Part shown: positions 1-10,383 of the stretch, piece by piece
Position numbering within the stretch: position 1 is the stretch's first letter
Layout of the letters: each line of letters starts with the position of its first letter
From: Pocillopora damicornis
Taxonomy: Eukaryota
Assembly: GCF_003704095.1 (NCBI RefSeq)
Contig: NW_020844270.1
Coordinates: forward strand, 682,001 to 746,000
Length of the DNA stretch: 64,000 nucleotides
Reading direction: 5' to 3'
Notes under the pieces: generated by a model
The model's database searches: none
Told to the model about the DNA's origin: nothing
The model's input: the letters and a program-made list of their open reading frames with translations, nothing else
Position numbers and translations under genes: made by a program

Positions 1-146
1 AAAAACTACCGTTTTTGACAGTTAACAGCTATCAACGAGCGCTTTTCATTCAACTAATTTATTCTTGTTTTCTCGTCACCATACTCCCACCAATAGCGTA
101 GCTTCACTTTCTGCATATAAGCCCACACACAACCCACAATTCCTCC

Positions 147-301
147 AATCGTTCTGACGAAGGGCTAACGCTCAAAAAGTCTGCTTTTTTACTGTTTACT
201 ATGGCAAATTTACGTTTTCAACTCAGTTGTTAACACTAAATTACCTGCTATACTCCCACCGACGCAGCGCCACAGTTTCTTCAGAAACTTACCCCCTTTA
301 T
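147..301 (+). mobile_element. Short hammerhead-bearing interspersed element (Penelope-type/retrozyme-like family A), degenerate ribozyme core
   Basis: Reads CTGACGAAGGGCTAACGCTCAAAAAGTC...AACTCAGTTGTTAACACTAAATTACCTGCTATACTCCCACCGACGCAGC...GAAACTTACCCCCTTTA. Alignable by eye to copies at 14178-14335, 21540-21836, 30985-31122 and 39765-39920. The GAAAC core is mutated to AAAAA in this copy. Confidence 0.75.
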
Positions 302-2842
302 AAATTTTAGGGTGTTTGACAGCTGACGGTTCAAATCCAATTAAGATGGTCTTTTAGTGCTCATTTAAATCGCCACTTTAAAAGATCCATAAAATAGCCA
401 TCCTAAAAGATTCTTAAAATCGCGCCTCTGCATCGCCTCTCGATTGGCCGCTTAATTTGTTGTCAAAGTTCCTTCGGATCAATACCTAAACTGTTCATTA
501 GACTTTCATTAAAACTGCTTACTTAAAAGTTCCTTAAAATTGTCTTTACAAAGCAACGTTGGAAAAGAAGGTCTTGTACTTATAGGTACACACAAAATGT
601 ATTGGTTAATGAGTCACACAAAATGACTTAGAACACCTGAGTCATTAGGGGTGGTTTTCAACAGCTTCAATCAGTAAAAAACGTATCAAATCTATTGGAT
701 GACTGCAAGTAGGGTGTTTTACTCTGCTTCAAGCTGTTTGCATACTGTCGAGATAAATAATTTTCAGTCATTTCATAGACCTTCAAAGTAAATGGCCATA
801 TTTATTAGAAGTTACTTCTGATTGGCCAGTCTTGTGCTCTAACAGAGCCCAGATTTGCGATAGGCTACATGATAAAGAGAAGCACTGAAACAACATAAAA
901 ATCGACTTAACTGTTGAACTGAAATTCAATTTAGGTGAGAAAATGTTATTGATATTTAAAAAATGTTCGGTGTGTATTTTCAGAAATAATCTGTAACAAT
1001 GTCTGACTTAATCTACGATTGGTCAATTTGAGATTAACAGGTGTAACAAGAATGAGCTAAGTTGCTACCCATAATAATTTTTCTCCCAGGTATCATAAGT
1101 AACATATATGATCTTCTAACTGTTCTCTCGTCTCCAAACAACAGTCACTGAAATTGGAATTCGAAGTGCATCAGAAGAACTATCTAATAATTATTTCCTA
1201 GAAGGAATAATTTTATATTTTTATATCTACTTATATTTTTCATTATCAGCAAATTTCTGTAGTTGTCCGAGCTGTTTTTTTTTGCAACGGTTTCCTTTTT
1301 ATAATACTTATATACTTGCGTTATTTTTTCTTAAATGGTATACAGGATATTAGTGCGCACAATTCGTATTCCTACTAGTCGCTCTCATAATATTTAGGAA
1401 TCTTTTTTGAGAATTAAAACGAGGTCTCCACTTTGAATTTGGTCTTATTGAGATATCTTTGATGAAGTGGTTTTTACAACACGCTATCTCATAATTGTCT
1501 CTTTGAGAAAGCATCCTTTGACTCCAAAACCTACTTCATTATGAAGTTCATTTCTGGCAAATGAAACTCCTGTGCTAGTTATACAAATTAATCAATCAGC
1601 CTCCTCTGGAATAGCAAATGTGTCAAATGTGTATCTTCTGTTTAAATCATGACTAATGATTGACGTTGGTGGTAGTCCTGACTATTTTCAAATTTTTGAA
1701 ACAGAGATACTAAATAAGCCCAGGATAAAATTGAAATCAAGCAGTGCTTTTTTGTTGCACGCCGGGTGGTTTATGCCCGGGTTATAATTAGAGCTTACAA
1801 GCCAAGGTAATCTTCCACTTACTTTGTCTTCATTGACAGAATTGAATTGAAAAAATGAAGTTGCTTATTATTAACCATATCTTTCTCAATCGCCTTTTAA
1901 ATAACATTAATTTAAGGATCGTCAACTTTGTTCGAAATTGCCCAAAGCTAAACTGAAAACTGTCTTGTATCAATTTTTACTTTAAGAATTTCGCACAGTT
2001 AAAGACTGAAAGAGACAATGAACATATAGAGAAAGGAAAACGAAGAAGCACACGTATTAATAACATCGATCGAAAGTTGAGTTTTCGTCCATAAAAAACT
2101 CAAAGTTTTTGGAGTTAAGTTGAGTTGAGTTGAATCTAGAGAAATTAAATTGAAGTCAATGGAGTTATGCTGATAACTCATCAGTGTCTTCATTTGATCC
2201 TTCTTATTTTTATTATTTATGTTTTCTTTCAGTTTCCATTGTCCTTTAGAAAACCTCAAAATGTAAATGATATCTTCCTGGGAATTTAACACAAACGCGT
2301 GTGCTAGAACATTCTCCCTGATTTGCATAACTTTGAAGTCAATACGTTATTAGCAATATTCAGCGGGTATGCGCGAACTCCTTGTGCCAGCTGATAACAA
2401 CATACACGACCGACAATACCTTGAAATAAAAACTCCTTAAGGAATAATTTGAAGGTGTCGTAATGACCAAGAGAGGGATCATTATTGGTTGAAACGAGGT
2501 CTCAGCATCTGAGGTGCAAGGCAATAACACTATGGAAGAAAATTAGTCACCTGCTTCACCTGTCACAGTGATCACTCAAAATGATGACAGCATGCGAAAC
2601 ATTTAATGGGTTTCCTCGATCTGCGTCGCCAAAAATTTCGTTCAAAATACGTATTCTGAGATAATTGTAAGTAAAGGCCCAATATTTGATACTTTATATC
2701 GTTTAAATTCAATAGTATGATATTTTTGACGGTCATAAGAAGCAATACAAGGAGTTGTATCGCTCATGTGTAAACGAAACACATATTTCAACAGATTTGT
2801 GGAAGACTTCATCTAAAGGCAATAAGGGTACAAACGTTGATC

Positions 2843-4483
2843 ATGTTGAAGAAAACAGAAGTAGGAAAAGCAACTCGAAGGAAATACCCAAAGGTAGAGG
2901 AGAAGAAAAGGAAGAGCGCTGACAGCAGAAACAAGACAAGATTTAGCAGGACAAAAGCAGCGACAAACGAAGGGAATACATTCAGATACGAGGCAGAAAT
3001 TCAAGAAAACACAGCGATTGAAAGAAATGCCTCAGAAATTTGCAGTTACCCCGAAGAAAAGCATGTTAATGAAATGCAAAGTGAAGGAGAGCTAAAAGTT
3101 GCGAGATGCGACTTTCGAAAGCTAAGAAGTTTTGACAAGGAAAGCATTGATGACTCTCTCAGCATGATATCTTTAAATTCTCGACCAACGTCAGCCGTTA
3201 CTGATTTTGCAGAGGAAGTGAAACTTGAAAGTGATGAAGAATTTTCAAGTTTGGAGAAATTAAACGAAAACGATCAATTTCTGATGCGGAAGATTTCAAA
3301 TGAGAGCAATTCGAGTGATTTGGAAATTTCAGTTGACAAAGGGTCGCCAAGGATACAAGGCATTGAAAATCGAGAAGAAAGTGATTTGGTTGACGAGGAA
3401 ACGGAGAAAGACAATTCCAGGAACACAATTGCTATTCTTCCCTTAGAAGAAGTAGAGATAATAGAAGAGAAAGAAAATAAAAAAGCCAATGTTAAATCTG
3501 CATGGGAATTGAATGAAAAATTCCTTTTAACAGCAGACTTTCCAGCCAGAATTTGGGAAGAGAAGATTAATGGAAAAGCAATGAATGCAAGAAGGAAGTC
3601 ATCTGAACTATTTAATGCAAGTTTTCCTCCATTATCTTCAGTCTCTGAATTACGAAGAGGCTCATATCCTATTTCACCTATGATGTCCTCAGGTTCACCA
3701 CGTGAGCTTCCATTACTATCGGGAAGACAATGCAAAGTTAAACTTCCCACGCATTTCCCAGGGGTGCCCTCCCCTGAAGTCGAAGGTGATTCCGAGATCA
3801 AGTCTTCGGATGATGAGTTGTTAAATGCTTTACTCCTGGAGAAAGGACAAAAGGCAAGGGGAAATAATGCAAAATTACACAAAAAACGAATTGATGTTCC
3901 CGGAAAACAGGGAAATAATTTGACAATTTCCTCCACTAGGTCATCTCCCATTCTAAGTAGATCGCACTCACCAGTGGCATCTACAGAAACTCTTGCAATG
4001 AATGTTGCATCTACTGAATACCTCGCTACCCGAGTTGTCACCCAACTAGACTGTGCTTTACAAGAGACTGTCAACGTCAGCAAAAACAGATCAACGATTC
4101 GCGCAGGTTGTGTGACGCCAAATTTGATGCCCCAAAGGTACAGCTCTCTTTCATTTCGTCCAACCACGAGCAACTATTTCAGGGGAACAAGCAATTCACT
4201 TACGCTACCCACAGTTCAAGACAAATGCAGCAAAAGTTTACCAAATTTGACGGATAATAAAACTAAAAGAATGTTTGTGACATTCGACAAAGATCTTCCT
4301 CGCGCAAAAGTAGTCGACTTGGAGGGAAAAAGTGACGTCTCACAGAAATGTCGTCTAATTAACCGCAGATTATCCAGCGAAGACGCATTAGTAAGGGCCA
4401 TGCTCGACAAAAAAATTCAAAAGAAGACAATGGTAAGAAAGTGGGTTGTTTCATCTTCGCAAAGTACATTAACTGCAGAGTAA
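2843..4483 (+). CDS. Uncharacterised ~546-aa Ser/Glu/Lys-rich, probably disordered protein; single coding exon
   Basis: 1.64 kb open frame in AT-rich DNA, first ATG at 2843. A likely 5'UTR intron lies upstream (donor GTAAGT ~2667, acceptor TTTCAACAG ~2793). Several RRxS motifs (RRKSS, RRGSY, RRLSS). No recognisable domain. Confidence 0.75.
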   Translation: MLKKTEVGKATRRKYPKVEEKKRKSADSRNKTRFSRTKAATNEGNTFRYEAEIQENTAIERNASEICSYPEEKHVNEMQSEGELKVARCDFRKLRSFDKESIDDSLSMISLNSRPTSAVTDFAEEVKLESDEEFSSLEKLNENDQFLMRKISNESNSSDLEISVDKGSPRIQGIENREESDLVDEETEKDNSRNTIAILPLEEVEIIEEKENKKANVKSAWELNEKFLLTADFPARIWEEKINGKAMNARRKSSELFNASFPPLSSVSELRRGSYPISPMMSSGSPRELPLLSGRQCKVKLPTHFPGVPSPEVEGDSEIKSSDDELLNALLLEKGQKARGNNAKLHKKRIDVPGKQGNNLTISSTRSSPILSRSHSPVASTETLAMNVASTEYLATRVVTQLDCALQETVNVSKNRSTIRAGCVTPNLMPQRYSSLSFRPTTSNYFRGTSNSLTLPTVQDKCSKSLPNLTDNKTKRMFVTFDKDLPRAKVVDLEGKSDVSQKCRLINRRLSSEDALVRAMLDKKIQKKTMVRKWVVSSSQSTLTAE

Positions 4484-4749
4484 GCTCAGACATCAATTAC
4501 CTAGAGAGCGGAGTTTGCTCAAGTCACTACGGAAAAGAAATTGTTGATTGAACGCTAGTCAAATAATAGTTCAATCTTTTACATGCATGGGCTAACTTTA
4601 CCGAGCTACACACGGCTAAATGTGTCGGTCAGAAAAAAAAGAGGAATTAAAAAATTCTTTACAACCGGCTAGTACATTTTTTTTGTGTGCGGAAATACTT
4701 TTCAGAAAATCGTCTTAAATACTTCTCTTGAAAGAAGACTGAGGAAATT

Positions 4750-5015
4750 AGGGACCCGTCATTATTCATCGGGGGGAGTGGAGAGAAATTGGAGGATTTA
4801 ATAAATTTTTTGGGGGGGAGGGAAGCACATGGCTATTGGGGGGAATTGAGGGGGGATCAGTCACTAACAGAGTATGAGTGGGGGAAACAAAAGAACATTG
4901 AATGCCAATGAGGGGAGAATAAGAATTCTTGACTGCCTCAGGGGGGGTTTAGGGGGGTTTATTTTGACACAACCAGAACCCGCCCTTCCCCTCCCCCCAT
5001 CACCCCCGTGATAAA
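4750..5015. repeat. G-rich MITE-like interspersed repeat, copy 1
   Basis: Shares GTCA(T/C)TATTCATC, GGAGGAT, GGGGGATCAGT, GAGTAT and CCCC..G(T/C)GATAAA blocks in the same order with 6293-6620. Confidence 0.55.
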
Positions 5016-5619
5016 AAAAAAAAAAAAAAAGAAAAAATTAGTGCCTCAGGCAGGAAAAACGCCTCTTCAGGTGGTAAGATCTTGGTTTTGAAAGGGATTG
5101 CTTTCCTTTGCGTCGAGGAGAACATATAACTCGATATTCTCGGCTGATAGAAATTACATAGAATCAAGGTGGAATTATATCGTTAGCTCCCTTTTTTATT
5201 CAGTTTGCTTTTTGTTTAGCCCCTATAAGGAATATTTTGTTCCAACCAGCGAGTTAAAACGTATCTTGAATTCATATCATAGCTTAACAACAAAGTGACA
5301 ACTTGTACACTCTGGTAGCTCGATTTGGTACTTTTTGAAGTTTATTGCTCAGCTGGTAAGACGACCATCCCAAGCAAGCCTCCGTAATTGAAGTGTCGTG
5401 CTCATGTATGTGGGCCTTTTATGCGAGTTTTTCCTCAATGTAAAGCCTAAGATATCTACTTAGGTTTCTTTGGTTTATTTCTACGCCGAATTGTTAGGTA
5501 TTCCTCCAGCAGTTTCATGTAAAAAAGCACTGATTGCCGCACTTTCACCACACGTTGGAGATACTTCTGTAACCTTGCACTTCCATTTTTAATCAAAAGA
5601 GCAAGTCCTTTAGTTCATC

Positions 5620-5790
5620 TTGAAATGTCCACTGTTTTACACTCAAAGAGACCCTAATTGTACAATTGGTCATGCAATGTAAAGTATCCATAGTTTTACC
5701 CTCAAAGAAAACCTGACCTTACAGATGGCCCCGCATATTGAAATAGTTGTATTCAGAGAGACAGCCTAACTGTACAACTAGTGACGCACT
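5620..5790. repeat. Degenerate ~58-bp tandem repeat (about 3 units)
   Basis: Recurring GTTTTAC(A/C)CTCAAAGA and CCTAA(T/C)TGTACAA blocks. Confidence 0.45.
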
Positions 5791-6292
5791 CTTTGGTCGC
5801 ATACATGTGTTCAGGTACTCAATCTTAACTAAAGGTAAAATCTTAAATCTAAGGTAGGGCCAAGACACTATTTATATTTTCTTGGGTAGGGTCATAAAGC
5901 TATCTTAGAGTTTTTATGTACAGGCACAATCCTATATTGTAGAAGAATAAACTGAAAACTTCGTTTGGGATGCAAACGTTTGTTTGATAATAAAAGAACT
6001 ACAATTAGCAGCAAGAAAGACTACATATAATTTATATGGCGTCTAAAACTAAAAACATTAAAATTTCTATAAAGAGATTTAGCTCAAAGATAGAGTAAAA
6101 TATTGTTGAGAAGTATTCTCCTGGGTCTTCTGACTTTCCCTTCTTGGCGTTAAAAAGCCTCTGATTTGTAAAGTTCGCGTGAATTCAAACTATTTTTTAT
6201 ACAACTAATTGCGCAATGATTAATCGGTGGATACAACTGATGAAAATTTGACGCCTTTTACGTTATTCTAAAATGATCAAAAGTAATCTAAT

Positions 6293-6620
6293 AAAGGCCA
6301 GTCACTATTCATCACCTCGGAAGAAGGGGGTCAGGGGGTCGGGGGGTCTTGGGGCTGGGGGCTGGGGGCCGGGGATCGGGGGGATCGGGGGATCGGAGGA
6401 TCTGGAGAATTACATGCTTTTAAGGGAGAACGGTGGGGGGATCAGTGGTCTTTAACTGAGTATTAAGGGGGATTATAGGATATTGAGTGTTTCTTTTATA
6501 ATTTAAACTATGTTACAATTACCTGCATAGAGTTTCAACATTAACGATTGCACGTAACCCACCGTTGTGTGTAAATCAATGTTATTGTCACTGAACACCC
6601 TGCCCCCGGCGATAAATTTT
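6293..6620. repeat. G-rich MITE-like interspersed repeat, copy 2 (with GGGGG(A/T)C micro-repeats)
   Basis: Homologous by eye to 4750-5015; explains the spurious Gly-rich ORF 6273-6455. Confidence 0.55.
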
Positions 6621-6691
6621 TTTTCTAAAAAAGGTTAAGAAATAGTAGACAGGGACCTCTGAAGTTGCGCAAGTATCAATCTTATTCAGCT

Positions 6692-9600
6692 TCATCCACC
6701 ATCTTGATGCTGTTGCCTGCCCGAAGCTGTCAAAATAATCATTTCCAGCTTCCTCTGCTCCTTGGTCTTCTTCGGCTTCTTCCTTTGGTTTTTTCTCCTT
6801 TGTTCCAGCTTCTTCTGCTCCTTCTTCCTCTCTATCTCTTCCTCTATGCGTCTTTGTTTTAAAATTTCCGCCAGTTCAGCCTAAAAAAGTACCAAGATGC
6901 AGTTAGCTTAACAGGAGTTTTTTTATATTCTCCTTCCATTTGCATCTAATCAAATCCCCCTTCCACTGCCGCATAGGGCTGGAATATAGTTTAATGCCCC
7001 GTTCACGCCACAGCTTAAACATGTTATAGGGCTATTTTTTTAAATTTTGTTATCCTCATAGAAGCTGCTTCAACCAATGTTTTTCGACTCCAAATTTAGC
7101 ATGTTAAAAATACAAGGTAGAGAGTGATTACTTGAATCTTATGGAAAAGTTCTCTGTGTATGATGTATGGAGTTCTCTGTGTATGATTTTCTTTCAGAAA
7201 AACTCGAATAACCTAAACATTTTTGCCTGGTGTGGATGGGATATAAGCCATTTCAAAATTTTCGTTGTTAATTTGTCGACATTGTTGAGTGTGTTATAAC
7301 TTGCGGAAAAAGTCCCGTGTTATCTCAGTTGCCCCTGAGTTTGTCATCTTGAGCAATCAAAGTGAACTTACAGTTGCCAAATTAGACTGCTTTGCAATTA
7401 AACGTCTTTAAACCGAGGCCAAAGTAATCACAACGACCAATCAGATCGAAGCGTACTGTAATACCATAATCGAAAATGGGTCTTTTAAACTAAACTGAAC
7501 TTCAGGCGTTACCTTGTATTTCGTCCTCCACAATGTTTCCACTATGTCCAAGAGAAATTGTTCATCCGGTAGTGTCAGGCTAAAGCTTATTGTCAATCCT
7601 TGTACCATGTTATCGTGACCAAAGAAGCCAAATTCTCCCCCTTCCCTATAGCAAGCGTAAGTGCCTCTTGTGGGGCACCTCCGATTTCCGCCATAGAATT
7701 GCATAACCTTTAGTGAAAGAGAACGGCTCTCATCTTCCTTAATAAGTCTGGTCACTTGCACTCGCGCGGTCACGTACGGGTTGTCAGGGCGACCGGTTTC
7801 ATTTATGGAAATAACTTTGCCTGTGAAAGCTGAAATGAAACATGTTAAAGAGGAGTATAGTCAGCTGCATTCATTTAGGTTTCATAGCACGAAAGAACCA
7901 AGAATAACACCACAAACATCTCAGCCCGTTACCGTTACAGAGTTACCAGACCCGCCCCACTCCCTATACAACGTTAAACCAGGGTGTCCCCTAGGATAAA
8001 TTATAGGGATGTTGTCTTGATTAGCTCATAGAATGATCTTTATCATTAGATTTTGGTAACGCCAATAATAATAATTCAGTGTCTGGCAGTCTATGAGAAT
8101 ATTGGAATTTGCGACAACTGGGTTTAACTGCAATGTCCAAGTGGACCGACGCCTCTTCTTTCAGCCGCAAAAATCTCTCGCTCAAACTTCAACAAAAAGG
8201 TCACTCATGAAACTTAACCGATTTACTTGAAAGATCCCCACCACCCGAATCTCTAACATTGTTATAAATCAGCTTATGTTTTTAACAAAGAATATCTGAA
8301 TATCGCAATTCAGTTATACTTCGTAGTGAATAACGTAAACTGGATACCGTAGATTCCGGTGTTAGTACTTACACATGTGCATATGTGCTCATGGTGACAC
8401 AATGATAGTCGACCATAACAATGGCATTAAAAACGAAGGCACTGAATCTTTCTATTAAGTAAACACTCTTGGGTCTGGTTTTCATGGTATGAAAAATAAT
8501 TATTTGGTTTTATCGCGTTGGTCAGTGGTATACATTCTCATTTGTTCCGTTTCCAGAGTTGACAATTTTTCACTGACACTGAGGTGAATAATTGTCTCAG
8601 TATATAACATACACAAACCCAAAAAGTAGTTTATTTCTTTCAATATTCCAAAAATGGTCGGAAATTAAATTTTTGACATGCGATTTTGTCTCTGGCTGCC
8701 TGGAGGTGAAAGATACTAGCTAATAACTTCCGAGCCAACCGATTAGTGCGTGAGGAAAGTACTATTCACCTGTGAAGTATATGTTAATGCTAACTATTGT
8801 TTTTGAAATATGTATATCAAGGATTACTCACCAAAAGTATATTGGCTTCTAAAGAAGGCTTCATAAAAATCTTTCGTAAAATTACGTATTACTGAAAATT
8901 AAGAAAATTTAAAACAATTAGTATAAATGACAACCAAACTTCATTGTATAAAACTGGACATGCAGAAATTTTTTCGCTTCTGAGGGAATGTTTGTTACAA
9001 TATTGAAATGAGGGTTTAGGCAGAGATCTTCCTTTCCCATTTTACACGTTTTTTATTCCTCTACTTTATCACCAGTTCACCATTGCATTTCAAGATTGTC
9101 AAAATTCAAAATGATTGGTAATCCTCTCTATCTGTAATTTTGTAAAAAATTATTTTGAGTCTTTTTCTTTTTAGTTTACCTTTTTAGGTTCGATAACTTC
9201 AAACTTTTAAAAAATATAATTATGCTCGCAGGAATACAGTTTTTTCTGTCGTGTCTGTCGATCAGTCAGGACAGACTCAAGTACGGTGAAAACTCACATT
9301 TCGCGAGAGAACTCCATAATGAGCATATTTCGCGCCAAAATATATCGTTTATAGATGTCTGACCGCTAAAATTGTTTCAACGAACTTTCACTGAGCTTGT
9401 ATCAAAGGAACTGGTCAGAAAATTCAACTACGCGGAAAAATGTGATCCTATTAAACGGAAAGATAGAACGGTAGTGGAATGGTGGGATGGCGGAATACCC
9501 TACGACGCGGAATGCCTTGTTGTGTGAAACAAAAGTCTCTCAAAAATGGAATTGCAATGGAATGCGGTAGGTTTTCTGTTTTGCATGTGAGAAAAGTTTT

Positions 9601-10383
9601 CTGTAACGCTCCTTGTAGCGTCATCATACATCATTTATTTCTTTTCAATGCTATAAAAACTGTGTTATATCAGTAGCCATATCCAGTCTTAAACTGCCTA
9701 ATTTTTTTTGGAAGAGCAAACAAAAATCTTCAAAAATCTAGTCTACGGTCCGGGGAAAACAAACAAAAAAATTGTTCCCAAGGTTTACACTGACAAGTGT
9801 AGAGAAAGGCGGAAATTTAGCACAAAGTAAGACATATTCAATACTTACTGTACCAATCCCATGATTGATCATAGGTCCATCCTGTACGCATGTCAGGTTG
9901 CATGCAAAGTTTATCGTCATAGAACGGAAGATATCTGCAGTTATGTCTCAGAAATCCAACGGTCATATGGAGTGAAGGAGATACGTACTTATCCTTGCAC
10001 GCGGTTGCGAAATTCATACATGTCTCACGGCAGGGCCTCAGTGGCATACCAATATGAAACGTATGAGTACAAGTGGCGATGTTCAGCGAACAGGTGTAGG
10101 CAAATATATCGGGTGGGCAAATTCTCTGGTCGACCTTATAGAACATGTCGTGCAGGTCTGGAAACTTAGGATTGAAACGGTACCTTCTCAGAAAACTTCG
10201 CCAGCTTATTCGAACCATTATCCTTACAAATTTACGTGGACCTCCATACCCCTTAACCAATATGTGCCTTCTGCACCTAACGATCTTCCGACTCCAGTCC
10301 TTACAATGGTCGATTTTTTTTCTCATGTCATCGCTAGAAACCGTCGCGGGAAGAAGCAACATGAATATCACAAGGAAATTCAT
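6692..10383 (-). CDS. Divergent secreted frizzled-related protein-like gene (signal peptide + Frizzled CRD + NTR/TIMP-like OB domain + basic coiled tail), ~366 aa
   Basis: Exons 10383-9849, 8891-8832, 7829-7513, 6880-6692; all GT-AG, phases 1,1,0, frame open throughout. Signal peptide MNFLVIFMLLLPATVSS. 10 Cys in CRD order, including PLRPCRETC and C..LP.....LC. NTR-like YTFAFTGKVISI...TARVQVTRLIK. Tail ERKKEQKKLEQRRKNQRKKPKK. Confidence 0.75.
8570..8790. repeat. Degenerate MITE-like repeat (GAGGTGAATAATTGT family) in intron
   Basis: CACTGAGGTGAATAATTGT and TATTCACC motifs; a related ACAATTATTCACC fragment lies near 43210. Confidence 0.4.

Noticed and set aside
350-550. Spaced TTAAA(A)TCGC-like repeats as a possible CRISPR-like array
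   Set aside because: Short, degenerate and irregularly spaced; eukaryotic context with no cas genes.
2160-2186. CTGATGA followed by a hairpin on the minus strand (hammerhead-like)
   Set aside because: No GAAA after the stem and no stem I/III pairing.
3274-4173. 299-aa minus-strand ORF
   Set aside because: Antisense shadow of the 2843-4483 ORF; non-ATG start and no domain features.
6665-6862. Leu-rich plus-strand ORF
   Set aside because: Antisense of the Lys/Glu-rich last exon of the divergent sFRP.
8373-8452. Candidate extra exon of the divergent sFRP (AG...GTAAGT bounded)
   Set aside because: The only open frame exits in phase 2, incompatible with the phase-1 exon at 7829; 8891-8832 fits without it.
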